From an uncultured Gammaproteobacteria bacterium (GTDB lineage Bacteria > Patescibacteriota > Microgenomatia > UBA8517), in contig CAYSEQ010000003.1 in the NCBI GenBank assembly GCA_964430475.1, forward strand, positions 23,832-87,831: a stretch of DNA of 64,000 bases, in the 5' to 3' direction. The notes below the pieces were generated by a model, which did no database searches, had not been told where the DNA came from, and saw nothing but the letters and a program-made list of their open reading frames with translations. Within the stretch, counting starts at the first letter, position 1, and each line of letters opens with the position of its first letter. A program made the translations under genes and the position numbers. Positions 58,177 through 64,000 of the stretch are shown here, piece by piece.

Positions 58177-58391
58177 AACATTTTTCCTTGAGTTTTTAGA
58201 AACCACTTTCCCTCTGACCAAACATTTAATTTTTTAAAACTTAAGTTTTTAACTTTCAAGTACCCAATTTTACAGAGGATGACTTAAAATTTTTTAAAGT
58301 TTTCGATTTTTTCAATTTCAAAAGTCATAAAAAACATCTTAATGAAGTAGATACTGTTCCAAAATTTGTTGCTATACTTTCTATAACTATA

Positions 58392-60032
58392 TTGGCTATC
58401 ATGTACGCTTTAAAGGTTTTTAGAAATCAAATAGGCGAGTTTCTCCTTCTTCTTATTTTTTTTATTTTTTCTTCAATTCTTATGTGGAAAACTTTCAGGA
58501 TTGACCCCTCCGGAAACATGCAAATTGCTTCAAAGGCTTGGAGCGATTTTTCTGCCACAATACCTCTCATCAGGTCATTTTCTTTTGGTGATAATTTTCC
58601 ACCCGAATATCCGCTGTTTTCTGGACCAGCTATAAAATACCACTTTGTTTTTTTTGCAATTGTAGGATTTTTAGAAAAAATTGGTTTACCCTTGGATTTG
58701 GCTTTAAACCTACCCAGTAGCATTTCATTCTTCCTACTTCTATCTGCCATTTATTTTTTTGGAAAGATGGTTTTTAAAAGTAAAAGGGTGGCAATTCTTT
58801 CTGTCGTTCTTTTTCTCTTTAATGGATCTTTAGGATTTCTGGAATTTTTTAAAAAAAATCCGCTATCCTACAAGATTATCTGGGAAATTTTAAAAAACAA
58901 GGAGTTTACCTCATTTGGTCCTTGGGATGGAAAGGTAGTTTCTGCATTTTGGAGTCTTAATATCTTTACAAACCAAAGGCACCTTGCCTTTGCCTATGCA
59001 AGTTTTCTCTTTCTTATTCTTGCAATCTTTAGGTTTTCTCAAAATCCACGAAGGTTTAGCTCTAAGTATATTCTTCTTATGGGAATCCTTACTGGTTTAT
59101 TTCCCTTCATCCACCTTGCTGTATTTGGAATGATGCTTGTAACTTTAATCCTTTCATCTTTAGTCTTTCCTAGAATAAGAAGGATGTTAATAATATCAAT
59201 TGTAATCTCTATTCTTTTAGCAACTCCCCAACTTCTTTACATGGGTTTTGAAAGTAAGGGTGGTTTTTTTAAACCCGGATATCTTATTGAGGAGTTAAAT
59301 TTTTTCAATTTTGTGAAATATTGGTTTTACAATTTAGGACTAACTTCAATACTTTCACTTTTGGGATTTATACTCCTTGACAAGAACCGTCGTAAGATTT
59401 TCATCCCATTTTTAGCTTTTTTTGTGATGGGAAATCTTTTTCAGTTTACCCCTGCAACTATTGACAACCATAAATTTTTTAATCTTACAGTAATAGGGCT
59501 GAATTTCCTAACATCCTTTTTTCTCGTCAACCTCTGGAATAAAAAAGTTTGGTTAAGAGCCCTTTTCTTTCCTTCCCTTCTTATCTTAACTTTAACAGGG
59601 ATCATTGACTTCTTTCCCATCATAAATGACCGATTAGTAACATTAGAAGATGCCACCAACAATAAAACAGTAAGTTTTATTCTTTATAACACTTCCCCTG
59701 ATTCCTCATTTTTAAACGCTTCTTACATTTTTGACCCTGCAAGTTTAGCCGGAAGAAAAATCTACCTTGGTTGGCACTATTTTCCCTGGTCTTTAGGCTA
59801 CGATACAACCTTTAGACAAAGACTTATTGAAGAGGTTCTGAACTCCAATGATAAAGCTACAATATGTAATTTCTCAAAATCTGAGAAGATAGACTATCTT
59901 GAGGTAAAAAAACCAGCGTCTTTACATCATGTTTTTTATAACTACGATTTCTTTAATTCAAATTTTTTTGAGGTGTTTAGAAACGGGGATAACTTCTTTA
60001 TTTACGACTTAAAAAAATCCTGTAACTACTAA
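58392..60032 (+). CDS. polytopic membrane protein, DUF2298/YYY-family paralog 1 (GT-C-like)
   Basis: Multi-TM N-terminus plus ~150-aa C-terminal soluble domain; loop motif DP...PPEYPLFSGPAIKYHFVF parallels the PD...PPQD.WF.GKPINYYWFGH of paralog 3. Confidence 0.4.
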   Translation: MAIMYALKVFRNQIGEFLLLLIFFIFSSILMWKTFRIDPSGNMQIASKAWSDFSATIPLIRSFSFGDNFPPEYPLFSGPAIKYHFVFFAIVGFLEKIGLPLDLALNLPSSISFFLLLSAIYFFGKMVFKSKRVAILSVVLFLFNGSLGFLEFFKKNPLSYKIIWEILKNKEFTSFGPWDGKVVSAFWSLNIFTNQRHLAFAYASFLFLILAIFRFSQNPRRFSSKYILLMGILTGLFPFIHLAVFGMMLVTLILSSLVFPRIRRMLIISIVISILLATPQLLYMGFESKGGFFKPGYLIEELNFFNFVKYWFYNLGLTSILSLLGFILLDKNRRKIFIPFLAFFVMGNLFQFTPATIDNHKFFNLTVIGLNFLTSFFLVNLWNKKVWLRALFFPSLLILTLTGIIDFFPIINDRLVTLEDATNNKTVSFILYNTSPDSSFLNASYIFDPASLAGRKIYLGWHYFPWSLGYDTTFRQRLIEEVLNSNDKATICNFSKSEKIDYLEVKKPASLHHVFYNYDFFNSNFFEVFRNGDNFFIYDLKKSCNY

Positions 60033-60060
60033 TTCTAAAAACCGCAATCAAACTATTGAA

Positions 60061-61749
60061 ATGATAAAAATACTTAAAGACAAAAGATTTATTTTGATTT
60101 TAATCTTTATTTTAGCAGCAATATTTAGGCTTTATGGTTTAAACTGGGACGAAAACAACCACCTTCACCCGGACGAGAGATTTCTTACAATGGTTACAAC
60201 TTCACTTGAATTTCCCAAAAGTATAAGGGGTTTCCTTGACCCTAAACTTTCAACATTCTCACCCTACAACAAAGGCTACCCCTTTTACGTATACGGGACA
60301 TTTCCTTTAATAGTTGTTAAATTTTTTTCTTCCTTCATTCACTTAAACGCGATTCCTTACAATAACATAACCTTAGTCGGAAGAACCATCTCTGCGTTTC
60401 TTGATTTGGGTACTCTTCTTCTTGTATTTCTAACTGCTTTAAAAATATTCAATAAAGAGATCGCGGTACTAGCTACATTTTTCTATTCCGTCTCTGTCTT
60501 TCCTATACAACAATCGCATTTTTTTATAGTCGATTCCTTCCTTGTCTTTTTTTCAACCTTAACAATCCTTTTTATTATCTATCTTCTCAAGAACTTTAAA
60601 ATAATTTATTCGGCTCTTGCTGGAGTCTTTTTTGGTCTTGCCCTTGCAAGCAAAATTTCAGCCTTAGTTTTACTTCCGACAATAGGACTTTCCTTCGTTT
60701 TTCTTTTAGTTTTTAAGAAAGCGAAGGCATCAAAAATTTTTCTTGCGATCTTGGTATTTTTACTTTTTGGTTACATTTCTTTTCGCCTAACTGATACCAA
60801 GACATTTTCCAGCTCAAATATCTTCAATCCCAGCCTTAACCAACTATTCGTTAATAATTTAAAACAATTAAAATCTTTTGAGGGTAAAGATACTTTCTAC
60901 CCACCCGCAATCCAGTGGATTAAGACGAAGCCACTACTTTTCCCATTTAAAAATCTCGTCTTCTGGGGATTAGGTCTTCCGCTTGGTCTTCTAGCCATAC
61001 TAGGAACTCTTTTCTCTATCAAAGAATTATTTTTAGCTTTTAGAAGCTTTAATAAATTAACCATCAACCAAGCTTTAGAAATCATCATTCTTTCCTTTGT
61101 CCTAATTCTTTTTCTCTACCAAGGTATGCAGTTTGCAAAGACTATGCGCTATTTTTACCCTATATATCCTTTTTTAAGTATATTTGCGGCAAGGTTTTTC
61201 TATCTCCTAACCAAAAAATTAAAATCACAAGTGGTCTGGGCTCTAAGTTTTCTACTTCTTGTTATTTGGCCGATTTCTTTTATCCAAATATACACTAGGC
61301 CCCACACCCGTATCTTAGCGAGCAAGTGGATTTACGAAAATATCCCTCCTGGATCTACTCTTTCTTGTGAATATTGGGACGATTGTCTTCCGCTGTCTTT
61401 TGTTAAACAAGACTCAGCAATCTTCTTCAAGACCGAGACATTGCACCTTTTTGAACCTGATACTCCAGAAAAATGGGAGAAAATAAACCGACAACTTGAG
61501 AAAATTGATTATTTAATTTTGTCCTCAAATCGTCTCTGGGGTACTATACCTAAGGTTCCAGAAAAATACCCTATCACCTCTGAATTCTACCAAAAACTTT
61601 TTGCAGAAGAACTTCAATTTAATAAAGTGGCAGAATTTACTTCTTATCCAACAGTTCCAATTCTTAATTTATCAATAAATGATCTCTCCGCGGAGGAGAC
61701 TTTCACTGTTTATGACCATCCGAAAGTAATTATTTTTAAAAAAAGATAG
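60061..61749 (+). CDS. polytopic membrane protein, DUF2298/YYY-family paralog 2 (GT-C-like)
   Basis: HPDERFL...GYPFYVYGTFP motif in the first extracytoplasmic loop; 12+ TM; C-terminal soluble domain. Confidence 0.5.
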   Translation: MIKILKDKRFILILIFILAAIFRLYGLNWDENNHLHPDERFLTMVTTSLEFPKSIRGFLDPKLSTFSPYNKGYPFYVYGTFPLIVVKFFSSFIHLNAIPYNNITLVGRTISAFLDLGTLLLVFLTALKIFNKEIAVLATFFYSVSVFPIQQSHFFIVDSFLVFFSTLTILFIIYLLKNFKIIYSALAGVFFGLALASKISALVLLPTIGLSFVFLLVFKKAKASKIFLAILVFLLFGYISFRLTDTKTFSSSNIFNPSLNQLFVNNLKQLKSFEGKDTFYPPAIQWIKTKPLLFPFKNLVFWGLGLPLGLLAILGTLFSIKELFLAFRSFNKLTINQALEIIILSFVLILFLYQGMQFAKTMRYFYPIYPFLSIFAARFFYLLTKKLKSQVVWALSFLLLVIWPISFIQIYTRPHTRILASKWIYENIPPGSTLSCEYWDDCLPLSFVKQDSAIFFKTETLHLFEPDTPEKWEKINRQLEKIDYLILSSNRLWGTIPKVPEKYPITSEFYQKLFAEELQFNKVAEFTSYPTVPILNLSINDLSAEETFTVYDHPKVIIFKKR

Positions 61750-61750
61750 G

Positions 61751-62587
61751 CTATTTCGCCGCCTTGACTATAATATTCACACTTGAATAATTGAAATTTT
61801 TACCTTCGTTTAAGCGATCAATCAACTTTATAGGCATCAAAAGAATTTTGGAAAGACTTGAGGTATCCTCGGTATCACCAAATGAGAATCTGTCAAAATC
61901 TTTCATTAACCCCAGCTCAACAAGATTCTTTCCCAATCCGTAAAGAATAAAATGCGAAAAAGGAAAGCAAAAATAAGTTGTCTTTATGACCTTTCTAATT
62001 CTAAATCCTGCTTTGATTAATTTATTAGTTAAAAGATCTCCATCGTACAAACGGATATGGTCTGCCCAAATTCCTGCAAGCCACCAAATATTTGAGGGGA
62101 CATGAAAACCAAACACTCTCTCCAATATCCAATTTAAAGGGTCCCATAAAAAGGGGTAGTTCTTGTTTGGCACTGTTACTATCACCAAACCTCCGGGTTT
62201 TAATACTCTATAAATTTCAGAAATAGCTTTTTCATCGTCTTCAATATGTTCTAAAATCTCGCTTGCTATTATTCTATCGAAAAAAGCGTCTCTAAAGGGA
62301 AGGTGGAGAACACTTGATTTTAAAAATTTTACATTCAAACCCCTACTTATCCTTTTGGCTTGTAATAAATATCTATTATCTATGTCTACACCAAAAATCT
62401 TTAAGTTCGGCCAGATGGTTTTTAGAACCTTTACATAAAACCCCCTGCCGCATCCTGCGTCCAAAACCTTCTCATCTCCCCTTAAGTCCAAACTCTTAAA
62501 AATAATTCTTGCCCGCCTTGCAAAAGCAGGATCGGCTTCTTTCTGAAGCAGTCTTTCAAGCTTAGAAACTTCCTTTCCTCTCAACAT
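61751..62587 (-). CDS. class I SAM-dependent methyltransferase
   Basis: VLDAGCGRGFY motif I, acidic motif II, LKPGG post-II. Confidence 0.75.
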   Translation of the reverse strand: MLRGKEVSKLERLLQKEADPAFARRARIIFKSLDLRGDEKVLDAGCGRGFYVKVLKTIWPNLKIFGVDIDNRYLLQAKRISRGLNVKFLKSSVLHLPFRDAFFDRIIASEILEHIEDDEKAISEIYRVLKPGGLVIVTVPNKNYPFLWDPLNWILERVFGFHVPSNIWWLAGIWADHIRLYDGDLLTNKLIKAGFRIRKVIKTTYFCFPFSHFILYGLGKNLVELGLMKDFDRFSFGDTEDTSSLSKILLMPIKLIDRLNEGKNFNYSSVNIIVKAAK

Positions 62588-63077
62588 GTATTAATTCAAC
62601 ATTTCTCAAACGCCTTTTAAGGTAGTTAAGAAGCGGGAGGTCATCGTCGATAAATAAATCTAATTTAAGCTCTTTTATCATTCTTTCTTTAAATAAATGG
62701 GGTTGTTCGTCATTGGAATTTATATAAATTTTTTCAAAAAAACCACCTAAATGATAGAATTTGAACCACTCTCGAGTTCTTTTTTCTAAAAAAGAATATC
62801 TAGACGAGACAACGAAGATCTTATATTTCTTGCTCTTATAAAGTTCTTTAATAATTTTAACATTTTCTTCTATTGGTGGTCTAAAAAGGGGGTGGTGGCT
62901 CAATACTCTAATCGTTTTTTCAAGCCTAGATGCCGGATACCGATAGGCTAATTTCCTATTTTTGCTGTTCTTTCTTACCAACATCTCCAAAAGAAATTTC
63001 GGAACTAAGGGGGGTTTATCAATAATCACCCCATCCAGATCAAATCCTATCCTAATCAATTTTTTCTTTCTTTTCAC
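62562..63077 (-). CDS. HAD-superfamily hydrolase-like protein
   Basis: GFDLDGVII motif I (DxDGV); later FIDDD motif. Confidence 0.5.
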   Translation of the reverse strand: MKRKKKLIRIGFDLDGVIIDKPPLVPKFLLEMLVRKNSKNRKLAYRYPASRLEKTIRVLSHHPLFRPPIEENVKIIKELYKSKKYKIFVVSSRYSFLEKRTREWFKFYHLGGFFEKIYINSNDEQPHLFKERMIKELKLDLFIDDDLPLLNYLKRRLRNVELIHVERKGSF

Positions 63078-63152
63078 TAATTCAAGATTATACTTTTTTT
63101 ACCGATAGTTTCCATTGACACACCTAGACCTTAAAATTTATGATTAAAAGTT

Positions 63153-64000
63153 ATGCTTGGCCAAGACCTTATTAGCATCGCAAAGTGGTGGGTAATGCTT
63201 TTTACACTAGGATTAATTTTTATTCCACTAAGCTATCTAATCTTTAAAAAATTTACAGATATTGGATATGCATTCTCCAAAATAATAGCGATTCTTGTGC
63301 CCTCTTATGTCTTGTTTCTTCTCTCAGCACTTAAAATTCTTCCTTTTGAAAGATTCTCAATCTTTTCAATCATCTTTGTCTTCCTTCTATTAAACATCAA
63401 AATATTACTTAAAAAAAATAGAGAGATTTTTAATGCGCTAAGAAAAAGTATTAAATTTATTATCTTCCAAGAACTTTTCTTCACTCTAGGATTTGTATTT
63501 TGGTCGTTTGTAAGAACGCATCAACCTGATATAAACGGCCTTGAAAAATTCATGGACTATGGTTTTATTAACTCAATACTCCGGACGCGTTTTCTTCCTC
63601 CTCAAGATATGTGGTTTGCCGGAAAACCTATCAATTATTACTGGTTTGGCCACTTAGTGACTTCCACACTAACAAGGTTATCGGAGATTCCTCAAAGCAT
63701 TACTTACAATCTTATGCTTGCAACAATCCTTGGATTTACCCTTTCCTGTACTTTCTCAATTGTGACGACACTTATTAAAAACCTAGAAAGCATCAAAAAC
63801 CCAAAGGCAGTCATTGTAGGGGGCCTTATTTCTTCAATCCTTCTTACCTTCGCAGGAAATTTTCACACTCCTTTATATGCCCTAAAAGAGGGGAAAGAAA
63901 AATACTGGTATCCTGATGCTACACGGTTTATCGGTTATCATCCGGAAACCAACGACAAAACCATTCATGAGTTCCCTATTTATTCTTTCGTTGTTTCAGA
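63153..64000 (+). CDS. polytopic membrane protein, DUF2298/YYY-family paralog 3 (partial; runs off window end)
   Basis: Open frame from ATG 63153 to the window edge, checked codon by codon. PDINGLEKFMDYGFINSILRTRFLPPQDMWFAGKPINYYWFGH loop motif. Absent from the supplied ORF track because it is incomplete. Confidence 0.45.
   Translation, partial: MLGQDLISIAKWWVMLFTLGLIFIPLSYLIFKKFTDIGYAFSKIIAILVPSYVLFLLSALKILPFERFSIFSIIFVFLLLNIKILLKKNREIFNALRKSIKFIIFQELFFTLGFVFWSFVRTHQPDINGLEKFMDYGFINSILRTRFLPPQDMWFAGKPINYYWFGHLVTSTLTRLSEIPQSITYNLMLATILGFTLSCTFSIVTTLIKNLESIKNPKAVIVGGLISSILLTFAGNFHTPLYALKEGKEKYWYPDATRFIGYHPETNDKTIHEFPIYSFVVS

Noticed and set aside
1-64000. tRNA, rRNA, tmRNA or RNase P genes in intergenic spacers
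   Set aside because: By eye, no spacer shows T-loop (GGTTCGAAT-like) with acceptor-stem complementarity or conserved rRNA blocks. Spacers are short apart from 22306-22863 and 33000-33466, which lack these signatures.

Overview
This window is an AT-rich, gene-dense bacterial segment that is almost entirely core information-processing genes on the minus strand. Domain architectures are compact (AlaRS without C-Ala, ClpB without N-domain, short IF-2, Lon reduced to its AAA+ module), and r-proteins carry unusual extensions (L3, L4, S12, a Zn-ribbon in uL24). By inference this suggests a reduced-genome, possibly CPR/Patescibacteria-like, organism.

Gene order from high to low coordinates:
- rpoB-rpoC | rpsL-rpsG-fusA-tuf-rpsJ | an inserted plus-strand two-gene module (small ORF + DUF763-like HhH protein) | rplC-rplD-rplW-rplB-rpsS-rplV-rpsC-rplP-rpmC-rpsQ-rplN-rplX-rplE-rpsN(Z-type)-rpsH-rplF-rplR.
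- mltG, small ORF, ruvX/yqgF, sortase, a 749-aa actin-fold/TM/extracellular protein, alaS, RodZ-like, ftsK, a decayed coding remnant, rnj, a family-4 UDG, a protease-less Lon AAA+ module.
- pnp-rpsO, a degenerate DHH/NrnA-like protein, infB-nusA, dnaJ-like/clpB behind a perfect CIRCE, a GT4/(alpha/alpha)/GH130-like glycan trio, dnaK-grpE-hrcA behind a CIRCE-like site, murJ.

On the plus strand: rpsT, pilN-pilO with three small membrane proteins, a Pro/Thr-repeat surface protein with an LPQAG-plus-TM C-terminus, and three tandem paralogs of a DUF2298/YYY-type polytopic membrane family (GT-C-like) interleaved with a SAM-methyltransferase and a HAD hydrolase.

No rRNA, tRNA or CRISPR was recognised. 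The most interesting candidates are the DUF763 module splitting the S10 operon, and the pilNO / PT-repeat / triple-YYY-membrane-protein locus, which looks like a surface-protein glycosylation system.
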